Positions 27,656-40,382 of a DNA stretch of 64,000 bases are shown here, piece after piece. The notes beneath the pieces were generated by a model. It had not been told where the DNA came from and made no database searches. It saw only the letters and a list, made by a program, of their open reading frames with translations. The stretch is from Vicugna vicugna (taxonomy: Eukaryota). Where the stretch lies: positions 4,133,003 through 4,197,002 of the forward strand of contig MU058065.1 in NCBI GenBank assembly GCA_013265495.1. Reading direction: 5' to 3'. A program made the translations under genes and the position numbers. Position 1 is the stretch's first letter. Every line of letters begins with the position of its first letter.

Positions 27656-28126
27656 TGTTGACTTGAAGAAAAGCATGCAGCCTAAAAGTTGGGACTTAGG
27701 TTTTATTTGGGGCCCTTACTGAGAACTATAGCCCAGGAGACAGCCTCTCAGATCGTTCTGAGGAACTGCTCTGAAGAGGTAAGGGAGGAGCCAGGAGATA
27801 TTAGAGATTTTGCTGACAAAAAACAAAACAAAACAAAACATAAAGTACATGTAGTCAAACATCAAAAGATTACTGCTAATCACAAAAAAAAACAGACATC
27901 CCAAGTTAGTGATTTTAGTGTTTTTTTTAATGTAAGGGAAGATGCAAGAGTCTGGGCTCATTGAAACTAGATGTGTAACTTAACTATCTAGGGTTAATAT
28001 ACTATTTTCCTCCATCCTGAATTCCCCCCCAGGGTGCACCATCATTGGGGGCGGCTGATGGCTTGTTGGTGGGCAATGTTCCTCGTTTACTGAAAGAGCA
28101 GGAAACATTTTTTTGTGTGTTCTGCA
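27656..28126 (-). mobile_element. ERV-type solo LTR (about 470 bp)
   Basis: TG...CA termini, flanks GAAG/GAGG (degenerate 4-bp TSD), ttttattt (AATAAA on the - strand) near one end, and motifs gacagcctctcaga...gaggtaagggaggagccagga...gggaagatgcaagagtctgggctca recalled from Laurasiatherian LTRs. Confidence 0.72.
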
Positions 28127-30714
28127 GAGGAGAGGTTGAGATTTTATTATTTGGAAGGAATTGAGAAGCTGCGAATGAGCCAAGCGAGAACAAATGCTAC
28201 ACAGTCTGGCTTGATTGAAGTGTAAGATATTTGAGGGACCAATTAGGGCTGCATTTGAGGCTCTTGAGTGTCTCTCCTCTTCTGTTTGGATTTTATGGAG
28301 CACTCATTGGGGCCCCCTGGAAAGATCTTAAACACAGGCGTGACACAATCAGAGTGAATTTTTTTTTTATTACACAAAACGGGTATTTAAAATTACCCTG
28401 AATCTAGATAATGGCCAGTAAAGAAAGTGGGAGCAGAAGCAAGAAGAGAGGAGAGAGACAGAAAAACTGAGAAACTACAATGGAAGAGAAAAAGATCTTG
28501 GTCCAAGAACTAGAAAGAGCATGGCTGAAACTCTAGGTTGTGTTGGAGGCAACCTGCTTTGGTTTATTTGGGCTGTGAGTTTAGAGTGTTGTCTTTGTCT
28601 GGGATCTGAAAGATGAATTTGATTGCTCTACCAGTATGCCCAGGTCTTCTAATGTTCTTTTACCCTTAAATCCCCGAGAGGCTCCTTCCCTGCAGGATAG
28701 TTAGCTGCAACATTAACTTTGAGCAGCAGTACAGCGGCACTGATGCTGTCCCAGACCAGTCTCCTAGGTGGGATGTCTTTATAGCTGGAACAGAAGCAAG
28801 AAGTTCTGTTGGATTAGCGGGCAGAGCTGAAGAAAAAGAACTGAATTTTCTCGCTGTCCATCATCCCTTCCTGTTCCCGACTTCTCTCTCTCCCTCAGAT
28901 TCCTGCTCTGAATCACCATCTGTTTTCCGCCTCCCGGGGATGAATGTCAGCTCTGCAGTCAAGTTTGGACTCAAGGTCCAAACACTTTTTTTTCAGAGGC
29001 GGCATCATTTAAAGTCCATTGAGGGAACTTGGATTTCCTTTGTGGCCATAAGACCCCAGTAATCTTAATATTCTAGTGTTCTCAAACCAAGGATCATGTT
29101 TTGCTCCGTTCCTCTCCCTTTGATGCTTTTTTTAAAAAGTTTAAACTACATTTATAGGCACCCTAGCTGTTACATTGCACTGTTTGCTGAAAGCATGCAC
29201 CGGCTTTGTTAGTAAAGGAAACTTTGCCAAGAGAATTGTCTGTGGGAGGGTGTGACTAACTTAGCAAAGGGGCTTATCTCTTATCCTATCTGCCTCAGGT
29301 CTCAGGGCTGCCATTGATATGACTTATTTCTCTCCCTACCAGCCCCACCTCCTCCAAACTTTATTGCTCTTTCCTCCGCCAATTTTTCATATCTAAATAT
29401 TTTAGCTTTTCAAAACTAATCAGCTCTCTGGATTCATTTTTTGTTGGGTGACCTGGACCATGGGTTTCCTACTGCTCTGAGTGACAGATACTCACAAGCA
29501 GAGAGCGTTAGAATTCTTTCCCCCTTCAAGTCCCCCGCCCTTTAAATATTATCAGTAGAACTTCTTGCCTGCCTGTGTTAGGATTGTCCTGTTTCCCTTT
29601 TGGCAACTTTCAGCCTCAGTGTTGCAAGGCTGTTTGAAGGGAAATCTTGAGTCCCAGTGGCCAGGAAACATAGGAACAGGAAAGTGAACCCAAAACAATC
29701 TTTGTAAAGTTCGGTTCACAGCAAAGGGTAGTCTGATCTTGTGTCCAGAGTTCTAGAGCTGATCAATCAAGTTTAGATGCTAAAGGCGGCTGTGTGTCAT
29801 TCATTCATCCATCCATTTATCCAGTCTACCCATATGTCGTGAACAGCTACCGTTACAAGCTGGAGATTTCATTGCAAACGGAATAGGCACGTTTGCTGCT
29901 ACTGCTGGTGGAGAGATGTATTCTACGGATGGAGACAGGCAGTGACCTCTAAGCACACAGCTCATTACTGAATTACAGTTGTGCAGAAGGTGGGGGTGAG
30001 GAGAGTGTCTGTAGCAGAGAGGCTCAGCTTATGGCTAGCAAGCTGTTTCGCTCTGAAGTCTAAGGATTGAGCTATATGACCACAGGAACAATCAGGAAAA
30101 AAGGCTGTGAATTGGACCAGATTTGAAAATTCAACTCTCATCTTTTGTTTCAGTTTTCCTGGAAACCAACTAGTTATCTACAGTCTCCCAATTAGGTCAA
30201 TGTCAGCTGTGCAGAAACAGGAAAGTAAAGACCTCACTTGAGAAACAGCGAAGCCTGCCCACACCAACAGCTACCTTATGTCAACTCAGGACCTAATAGC
30301 GCTTCCTTTACTTCCGCGCTGTTGACGCATGCTTGTCGGTTGCACTCTTAGTTCCGGTTTGAATCACGCTCAGGAATCCGGCCCCTCAGCAGACTCCCTG
30401 GAGTCAGCGGGTGCTGTCACGCAGCTGCTCCCGAGGTGTGGCCTCTGTAAGTGCTCAGAACCCTGGGCCTGGTTACCAGCCTGTGACAGGCTGTTGTGTT
30501 GGCGGGAGGTGTTCTGTCATTAGCGGTGGGAGTGAGGGCCCAGTCTGCTCAGATGGATGTAGACATGACTGATTTCCAAGGACAGAGCCAAGGGGAAAAC
30601 CAAAATTTGCTCCTTATGTCACTTGTTTGGTATCTTGAGTCCCTACCGAGGACTATCTTATGACCATAGTGAAGAGCAGAAATGAGTCCTTTGTGTCACT
30701 TACTTGGAACCAAG

Positions 30715-31150
30715 CACTGATCCCGGCTCCACTGCCTCCACCCTGGTCCAAGTGACCATCATCTCTTCCTGGTCTCCCTCAGCAGCCTCCTCTCTGGTGA
30801 CCCTGCTTCAGTTAGTACTTCCCACCATCCGTCTTCCACCAGCGGTCAAAGTGATGTTTTGAAAAATCTCCATCAAATTGCACTGCCATGTTGAGCATAA
30901 ATGCTCAACTCTCCGTCCTGTGATGTCGACCCTGCTGGGCTCCTGAGCTCAGTCTTGGGTTCCTCCTCAGGCTTTCCCCAGAGACGGCTGTTCTCCCTGT
31001 CCCTCTGAAAACACGCTCACCATAGGGCTTTCCCAGCTTTCTCTTTTTTTCCTGGAATGCGTAACTCACATAAATCTTCACATTTGCTGGTTCTGTCTTA
31101 GTTCAGGGCCCAACTCATGGGTCACCCACAAAAGCCCTTCCCTAGGCACT
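30715..31150 (+). mobile_element. L2 LINE fragment
   Basis: ccactgcctccaccctggtccaagtgaccatcatctcttcctgg...cagcctcctctctggt..ccctgctt...aaagtgat typical of L2. Confidence 0.7.
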
Positions 31151-31619
31151 GGCTCTAAACCCTTCCCCGACCCCCACTTCCAGTCCCTTTCACTTCACCA
31201 TTTTGTTCCCCTGTCTGTGACATCCGTGCCACTACACCGTGTGCTCTTCAAAAGCACAGACCTGGTCAGTCATCCCCTCCCTGAAGGTGCCCAACCATGC
31301 ATGCGGAATGAGTGAGCCATGGAAGAAAGACGTTTCTTCATCCTGTCTTCTGATTTTAGTAAATGGCACAAAGAGCATAGGAGCTCTGGGAAATCTCTGC
31401 CAAGACAGGTAAGAGGAAGTCCAATGAAGAGTTTGAATGTACAGGGGTTGGGGGATTGTTTAGATAAGTCCACAGCTCAGTCCCTTGCTCATGGTCTCAT
31501 GGCTGGTGAGTGGCAGGGCTCAGATTCAGCTCTATGAATACTCCCACACCAGTCCTGGAAAGGATGGTAACCGTATTGGACTCATTTGCTGAACCAAATC
31601 ATCAATACGTTTAGTGGGT

Positions 31620-31825
31620 TTTTGGTTTTGTTTCTGTTTTTGTTCTAATTGAAGTATAGTTGATTTACAAGGTTGTGTTTGTTTCTGGTGTACAGCACGG
31701 TGATTCAGTTATACATATACATACATATATTCTTTTTCATATTCTTTTTCATTATAGGCTATTACAAGCTATTGAATAGAGTTCCCTGTGCTATACTGTA
31801 GGACCTTGTTATGTAACTATTTTAT
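31620..31825 (-). mobile_element. L1 3' end fragment (Laurasiatherian/artiodactyl type)
   Basis: aattgaagtatagttgatttacaa...tacagcacggtgattcagttatacatat...gttccctgtgctatac, a typical antisense L1 3' UTR. Confidence 0.85.
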
Positions 31826-32196
31826 GACTTTAGTGTTTATTAAAACATCTTTGGCTGTTTTAAGAATCATTGAGTCAGATCCTGGGAGGAATATAGATGT
31901 AGACTTTTAGAAGTTTAAAAAGAGATTTTATAAATTACGTAGTCTGGCATCCTCAGAGGAAAGGGAGGCCCAGAGACCTTCAGTTGGTGGATTCTGGGAC
32001 TGGAACCCAGGTCTCGTCCCCACAGAGCCTGGCCTCTGAATTTACTTCCTGCACGCTTGCATGTGCTGGGAATGAACTCCTGGTTGTATTTCTGACATAC
32101 TAAGTGTAACCTTGACATAGCCTTGAGGAAAAAAGCTTCATTTTGTTCATGGAGATGATCATCTACCTGCCAAATTCTTCTAATGTTTTTTTTTTT

Positions 32197-33103
32197 GCCC
32201 CTCCTGGGAGAAAGATTTATGGCTTTATCCTCTTTCTTTTCTCTCCGTCTCTCTCTGTCTCCCTTTTTTTCTTTTTTTCCTTCAAATCTGTATCTTATTC
32301 AGAATGATCCTGCCTCAGGGCTAGGAAAATGTTTTCTGTTCTCATAAATAAAATACAGGGCTTCTCATGGTCTCAGCTTTCCAGACACAAAAGTGATCTA
32401 CTTTTGACAGCTATTTAGAAAGACTTTTTAGTGACTTTCACCTGCTTTGTGATGTACAGAAAGGAAGAATGACCAATAAAGAAATGAAACCATTTTCCTA
32501 AATCCAGGTAGGCTACCATCTTGTAACTAGAATCCTCAGAAAAGTTTTCAATTTCTCCTGCTGCTTGTAATCATTTTTGAAGGTTAGTCCTGAAATTTGT
32601 TTTGGATCAATAGAGATTTTTGTCCATCTGAGATGAATTTGGGTTACGCAGCCCCTCCTGGGAGAAAGATTTATGGCTTTATCCTCTTTCTTTTCTCTCC
32701 GTCTCTCTCTGTCTCCCTTTTTTTCTTTTTTTCCTTCAAATCTGTATCTTATTCAGAATGATCCTGCCTCAGGGCTAGGAAAATGTTTTCTGTTCTCATA
32801 AATAAAATACAGGGCTTCTCATGGTCTCAGCTTTCCAGACACAAAAGTGATCTACTTTTGACAGCTATTTAGAAAGACTTTTTAGTGACTTTCACCTGCT
32901 TTGTGATGTACAGAAAGGAAGAATGACCAATAAAGAAATGAAACCATTTTCCTAAATCCAGGTAGGCTACCATCTTGTAACTAGAATCCTCAGAAAAGTT
33001 TTCAATTTCTCCTGCTGCTTGTAATCATTTTTGAAGGTTAGTCCTGAAATTTGTTTTGGATCAATAGAGATTTTTGTCCATCTGAGATGAATTTGGGTTA
33101 CGC
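32197..33103 (+). repeat. Direct tandem duplication: two 453-bp copies (32197-32649 and 32651-33103) separated by a single A
   Basis: Both copies start gcccctcctgggagaaagatttatgg and end gagatgaatttgggttacgc; I found no differences when comparing by eye. Confidence 0.97.
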
Positions 33104-36100
33104 TAGTGAAAGGCAGTTCCTTTGTGTTTGATCATAAGCCAGATTGGTTCCCCTGCTTTAAACAGGCCGACTCACACTGCCACCCCATCTGTATTTTACA
33201 AACAAGCGTTGTCCCCCTCTTTCTTCATGACCCGGCACTGTGGGAACTTGTCGGCATCATGGTCTTGTTTTTGTTTTTATTACTATCAATTTTCATCACG
33301 ATTGCTTGTGTTTGCTATTTGGGATGAGATACAAACGAACAGATGATGACTTGGTATTCCCCCTGGCATCCTGCTTGTGAGCTATAATTTATACCTGGAA
33401 AAAATTTACCGACCTAACTGATAATCCTTCCCAACAAAAGATAAACACACTTGTAAGTCATCAGGGTAAGTCAGATGCACTTGAAAGGGACAAAGAATTC
33501 ACCTGCAAGCACTTTTGGCATCTTGCCCTTTCCCATGAATTCAAACTGATGACAGGGAAAGCGGCGGCTGCCAAAGCACTTTCGGCAAGAGAACCTCCCA
33601 GAGGCCCTGAGGGTGGGACCAGCCTGACCTGCCATCCTGTAAGGAGGATTCGGAGACCGGCCCTCTGTGCTTTCCCAGAGGAGATCAGATGAAAGCATGG
33701 ATGCCCTAGTGCTGGGGGGTTCGGGTATGTGAACATACAGCATCCTTGCTTCCCTGTGGTCCAGGTAGTCCTGTAGAAAGCTTGCAGGTAAGCCCTGACC
33801 CGTTGCTAGGTCATCTTTATCAAGGTAGATGCACGTGGGCTCTCCCTCTCACGCTGCATATTCCTGCTAGCAATTTAAGCTGATTTCTTGGGACACTGAT
33901 CTGTCAGCCTGATGTGCTCAGAAAGCATTAAATAAATGATCAAATCCACCCCACCCACCCCCGCAGCTTGCAGGAGTTGACTGAGTCAGTGGGAGAGGGT
34001 GGGTTGGTACCGGCATTTTTTTCTATAATTGCAAAGTCATGAGTGTTATTGCAAATATTTGGACTGCTGGTTCTTGCTCTCATCTCTCAGATCGCCTCTA
34101 TATCACACCAGAAACAGACCGTGCACATGCCCCATACATTTCACTCTGTCCAGATGAGGACTCTTCCGGGAGCTCGTTGCAGATTTTTGCTTTGTTCTTC
34201 TTGGACATAAGCAGTGTTGGAATGAACAGTCAAACACATATAACACTAAATGCTGGCAGATAGTTATATAAAATCGTTAGCCCACTGCACACAGTACCGA
34301 ACACAGATGTTTGACCTGATCATACCCGTTCCACATAAATCACTTTATTTACCATGAGCATTAAGAATTTTAAAACTCTTTCCCGAAATTCTCAATATAA
34401 TAATATTTAAAAAGTAAGCAGGGAAGGGACCCCTGATCAAAAACCTCAGCAGAGAATTGTAATGCATCGCTAATAACTGTAACAGGGAGTCTTTTAAAGC
34501 TGCTTCTTCTGAGCTTCACAGGCCCCATCAACAGAACATGAAAGAAGAGAGGGCACTGAGCAATTGTTACTGTCGTCACGTCACGGCTGCCGCGTAAATC
34601 ATGATTTGGGACAACTCAGACTGTGGAGTCATTAGGAGGACAATGACTAGCGACGCTGCTGGAGTTAATCGGATAATTATTTAACACGTGTTTCTCTTGG
34701 TTGGCCCCGGCTTCAGAACATACTTCATTCGTTCCCAGTCTTTACCTTCTTTACTTTCGAATGGAAAAACGGCAAGTATAGAACGTACACAGCGTTAATG
34801 AGAGAACCTCCAATTGGGCTGGGATCTCCCTAAAAAGAAGGAGCCTCTCTCTAAATCAGCTTGGTAAATACCCGGAGTGCCCACTGCCCTGCTCTGTTCC
34901 TGGCTGGCAATCGCTAACTCTTGTTTTAACTTCTGGCTGGAAGCAGCTTCCTGGCCAAAGTCTTTTTCTTCCAGGAACATTCCATCCAGGAGTCACCTCT
35001 TGTTAGAGATGCCCTCTTTCTCCTCAGTTCCTTCTACCGGCAGTCTTGGGTTAGGTGCATAGCAGCGGTCCCCGTAAGGGTCTGCAGGCACCTCTGCTGG
35101 GCATCCTCAAGATGGGAGAGTGAGCAGTGGTCTGCTCCCTGCCTGAAAGCAACAGCTTCACATTTCTCTGGCTTTTAGCACTTAGTATGTGCTCAGTAAA
35201 TTCTTGCTATCATTACTCTTACTATTATTATAAAGGCTTAACTTTAAAAAGCCTTTATCATAATGCTGAGTAAGTGTTTGCTAAAGCATGAATGGCTGAG
35301 TGAATGAATAGATGCACATACCTGCCAGCGGATGAGCTTTTTACATGATGATGCTAATCGCACAGACTCAGGTATTAAATTCAGATGGGGTAATGTCAGG
35401 TGTGGAAGAGAAAAACAATGCTGCTTCCTCTGTTCATTGCTATGCCCTCTTATTTGAAATCAGTGGATGTGTAATGAACCACTAGCTTTACGTACTCCAA
35501 ATATCAAAGGGCAAAGAAGGCAGTAGCAACTCAACTCTTTGAAAAGTTGGTCCCTCTCTGAAATGTCAGGTTCAGTGGTGACGGCTTCAGAATCGCATGC
35601 CATCACTGCGATGAATGTATTATCAGTGGTGAGGCTGGAGGGTTTACAGGACTTACTTAAATTTTTTTCAAAATATTTTCAGTAATTTTATATTTGAGTT
35701 CAAAGCAGGGGTTAGATATTTTTTAAAACATGATTAAACGCTTTCTACATTTAGCTCATCTTAAAGTATTTGTTTTTCTTATTTTTTTCCTTTATCTTGT
35801 GGACATTTGTAACTTTTAGCAGCCATTTGTTTCCTTTTCTAATAGAAACTTCCAAGTTTTAGAAAAAACAGATGAGCTTAAATTTTGTCTTAGCTTTGCA
35901 AACATTATTATAAGTCATTCAGTGAAGTTCTGTCCAACCTACTCAAATTTGTATCTTCAACAGGATCAATAAATTGGAAGAAAATCTATCTTTAATACCA
36001 AATTTTGCCAAAGAAAGTCCCGTCTTTGACATATAAAATTTAGTATGAAATAAAGGAGAAAATACCCACAAAATTTGCAGAGCTCTGAGGTTAGATTGTT

Positions 36101-37768
36101 TCCCTGAATTGTTTTTCAAGACAATATTGAAATCTGTGATTTTTTTTTATATATAGTAAATTTTCAATGTCTTAAGTGGGAGACATTGAAATCCTTGCTC
36201 AAGGATCGGACAAGGATTGGAGGGAGGAATAGAGAACCTTTATTTAACAAACTATATACATATATAGTGATTACAGTTTGCTGCGCTGCCTTTTATTTTG
36301 AAATTAAAATTCATACTCCTTATAAAACTGAAATAGCTTATTCATTTCTAACAGTGCTCTATTGCGATTCATTATAAATTCATACTAATTCTCAGCTTAG
36401 AGAAAATCGTAAAGATCAGACAGTTTCTAGCCTCACTGTGGTCAATTCTGGTTACATCTTATGGGCTTGATCTGAGCAGATTTTGTCTCTTTCAGAACTC
36501 CTGCAACCTTTCACTTGTCCTATCAGTCAAGTCACTTGCCTCTAAATTTGGAGCCTGACTGACTGCCTTTGTTGGGGCCCTTAAAAATTCCCCCGTAAGA
36601 GAGAATTCCAAACCGGTGTGGCCAAAGTCTGTAGCTAGCAACCTTCATTCCTGCTTGTACTTTCACACATATATGAGGAGAGTTTCTTTTAAGCAATTTC
36701 TGATAGTGGAGTAATGCCTTATTAATATGCTGAGTCTACTAATTAATTTCCTTCTCTTCTGCGTTCAGTTGAACTCTGTCTGCTTTGGAACTTCTGCTGT
36801 TCCAGTTGACTCCCTCCCAATTCACCAAAGAGAAATAGCTCCTTCAATAATTAGACTGTTTTGGAGGCAAGCAGGGAAAATCCTACGCTGTTTCTCCATT
36901 GCATTCTTTTTGCTTGTGTTCAATAATTTTTATGGAGTTAATTTAAATTTAACAGGCTTTGCGTGAACTTGCTTCTGGAGGATTTACTGCACCTTATGTG
37001 AAAACCGTCTTCATCTGACATTTTAGAATTACCTCCCTATTTATGGGATTATACTGCATTCTGTTCTTGAAAGAGCAAGTCAATTTTCGGCATAGATTTT
37101 TCCTGTCTTTTTTTTCCCCCCCTTTTGTCTGTTTTTATGAAAGCTAGCTTCAAGTTGAGCGTGGAAACAATGGAGGAGATGAAGGGTAGAAAATAGGGTG
37201 GAACTGTGGTTTGCTGAAGGAGTTGGTCTGGATCATAAACTGTTGTTGATGGAAAAAGAAACCACAAAACCCAACTCAATAATTCATTTATTTAAAAAAT
37301 ACGCTTACATGTTTTTAAAATAGTTTTATCTGCCCCTATATCTGCCTTGTCTATGGTCACTGAATAAGAGGCAGTTGCCGTGAGCCAGAATTTCGTCTGA
37401 GGTTTTTCACATCATATTAACAAAGGAAGTAAAACAATGAGTGAGTTATCTCATAGTGTTTTTGAAATTCTATATAGTTCTATTCGAAAACAAAACAAAA
37501 TATGAGGGTTTTATTTTGTTAATATTTGGATTATCCGCATCTTTGCAGTGCATTATTTCCCACTGTAGTAATAACAGGTGACCCTTTTAGTGAGTTGCTA
37601 ATTGTGCTTCATCTGTGTCTGTATTATCTCATTTAATCAGTACGTCAGCCCCCACATCAGGCTACATCACTTTCTTACCATCGCTGCAAGAGTAAACGTT
37701 CCATCAGCCATCTTAACCAGAAACCAAATTTTGACTCAGTAGTATAATACGTAAATTTACTTTTAAAT

Positions 37769-38125
37769 GGGTTTTTGAGGAAAGGTCTTTAAAGACAACA
37801 TTTGGGGTGATGGCTGCAGGGTGTATGACTTTTTTTCTGATCTGTTGGTGTTGAGGTAACAGGGTGGTGTTCCAGGAATCTCAATCATCAGCCTTCTGGC
37901 TCTTTGCAGGTGGTTACCATCGTCCTGGGTGGAGGGAGGCCTGAGATCCTGGAGAACTCAAAGATTTCTATCAGTTTGTGTATCCCTTGAGAAGGAACTC
38001 AGGCTCTGTTTTATCTCTGAGCTATTGTTCAAGTTATCTTTCCTACCTGCTTTTCCTTTGTTTCTGTGTTCCATCACTTCTCTTACTTAGTTACTGCTTG
38101 AATTTGCTCTTTGGAACCCGGGGGC
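37769..38125 (-). mobile_element. Truncated LTR of the same family as 56653-57275
   Basis: Shares collinear motifs with the 56.7-kb LTR: taaagaca, gaggtaacagggtg, cccttgag..gaactcagg, cctttgtttctg, atttgctctttggaac. Confidence 0.78.
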
Positions 38126-38239
38126 ACTGCAAGGTAGCAGAGATCCAGGAACCATGGATTCCAGGCTTGATCCTGGCATGCTGTAGAAGGAATACTGGGC
38201 AAGACATTCATCTCAAAAATGAGTATGTTGCACTGGATT

Positions 38240-38622
38240 AAGTCGGCAAAGTATGACCCTGCCCCCCCACCCCCATCCCCCCCCAATCACAGGCCTGCCA
38301 CCTGTTTCTTACCGTCCGAGAGCTAAGAACAGTTTTTATAGATGACATTTACCATCGATTTGATAATAAGGAACACTTTCTTTGAACCCCAATTAAGTGA
38401 AATATTCCCTCTCCAGATTGGAATTCCATTCTTCTCATTAGTAAGTAGCACTTAATTATTACTGTTATATTTTGAATTCCATCAATAAAAAATTGTATAG
38501 AAATTTATTAGAATTTTATCTTATTATATGAGTACCTTTTTAATAGCCTTGGTCTTCCTCTTCACCTACAAAGCCTAAATTACTTACTATCTAGATCTTT
38601 ACAAAAGTGTTTGCCCACCCTG
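38240..38622. mobile_element. MER58-family (hAT-Charlie) DNA transposon remnant
   Basis: gtcggcaaagtatg...gagctaagaa...aaagcctaaattacttactatctag.tctttacaaaagtgtttgcc.accctg termini. Confidence 0.7.
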
Positions 38623-39690
38623 CAACATTAGATGATCTTTAAAGTCCCTTAAAAAACTCAGTTTTTATTTTTTCTCAACAAATATCAGAAAGACCAGTGG
38701 TGGAAGGCAAATGACTGGGACAGTGTGATTTTGTCTGTGTTTTGCTATTTACAAATGAAACAGAGTCAGATGGTTGGAAGGCAGAACCCATTTCCCTGTA
38801 ACAATTGTCCATCTTTATCTTGCAGACTTTAAAAGCATGAGAAGAGGTCTAGAAGCAGAGTTCCTAGTGTAAGCTACAACTGCCTGGGTTCAAAAAGCAA
38901 TCCTGCCTTGGGCTAATCGTTACTTCTCCGCCTCAATTTTCCCATCTGTACTATGGGGAACCTGTGATGTTCACAGCTTTCCCAACGAGAGCTCGGGAGT
39001 GCACATTTTTGCAAAAACCTCAAAAGCAGAAACCCTCTTTGACAGATAGTTTTCCTTTCCTCTCATTTACTCTTACATTATTCATGTACTGCAGTCTAGC
39101 AAGTGAACAATCAGACACTCATTTGATAATGGCCATTACGTTACTTTGATATTTCTGAAATAAATTCCTAAGCATACTGAAAATACTCTATAACCAGTAC
39201 GCAAAAGGCTGAGCTACCCCGTTTGGAAGTGTGTGCGTAATCGCATCCCCACGTCATGAGGTTTGAGGGACCCCCAAGGCCTCCCAGAGTCAAATGTTCC
39301 CTGAGGACCAGTTTGCATAAAAGGCTCAAATTCCCCCATGAGACTCACTGCTGGAATTTCAGCTTTGACCTTCTGGAGGCTCCGAATTAAAATGCAAATT
39401 TGTTACCTCGGAAGGTAATTTTTAACACATTAATGTTTATTTATTAGTACTTTAGCACAAATTAGATTTTTTCAAATTAGCTAGCTGCCTGAGACCCTTG
39501 CTTAAATAAGAAGTTCAATCAGTGTCCCGGAGGCGGGCTGAGGGTGTGTTTGAATAAAGGGTCCTTGGGTGACAGTGATACATCCGCCACCGCTGCCGGA
39601 TCCCAGCGTTTTGCAAGAACGCCCTGTGGGCGTTCATGCGCATGGGTGCGCACCGCGCACACACACGACTTAACAGTCCACACTCTAGCA

Positions 39691-40002
39691 AAGCATTACT
39701 CAATAGAAATACAATGCAAGATGCAAGTCTCGTAGATAACTTCAAGTTTTTAGTGGACACATTAAAAAATGTAAAATTAAATTTAATGGTATTTTATTCA
39801 ACTTGAGATATCCAAAATGTTGCTTCAATATGTAATCAATATTAACATCATTAAGAACATATTTCTTCTCTTTTGAATACGAAGTGATTGAAATCTACTG
39901 TGTATTTTTACACATAGAGTTGGTCTCCATTGGGACCAACCACATTTCACGTGCTCAGTGGCCGCCAGTGGTGAGTAGTTAGTTACCTTACTAGACGGTG
40001 CA
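39691..40002. mobile_element. MER33-like (hAT-Charlie) element
   Basis: caatagaaatacaatgc...cacattaaaaaa...tatccaaaat...tgtaatcaatat...ccacatttcacgtgctcagtggcc. Confidence 0.78.
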
Positions 40003-40179
40003 GCTCTAAAGGGCTGGGACCTGGAAGGTGGGTTGCAGGTACTGCGGCTGTTGAAAGCAGCAACTGGATGGGCTGGGAGGACCCGTGGAATCTGAAACCA
40101 TCCCCATTTTCCCACCACTCAACTGTATCAGTCGCGTTTTTGCTGAAAGTCAGTCTTAACCCTATTGTAAGGACCCTTT

Positions 40180-40382
40180 TAGAAGAATGTGAACTGGAAT
40201 TAGACACTGACTCCACCACTTAACGGTGTGTCCCCCGGACAAGTTACTTAAAACCCTCAGTGTCTTCATTTGCAAAATGGGAATCATAGTAAAACCTCAA
40301 GCTTTACAGGACTGTTGTGAAGATTAAATGAAATAATGCATGTAGACACCCTAAATGCTCAATGAACTGACATTACTATTAG
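40180..40382 (+). mobile_element. MIR SINE
   Basis: ggacaagttactta...ctcagtgtcttcatttgcaaaatgggaatcatagta...gttgtgaagattaaatgaaataatgcatgta. Confidence 0.78.
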
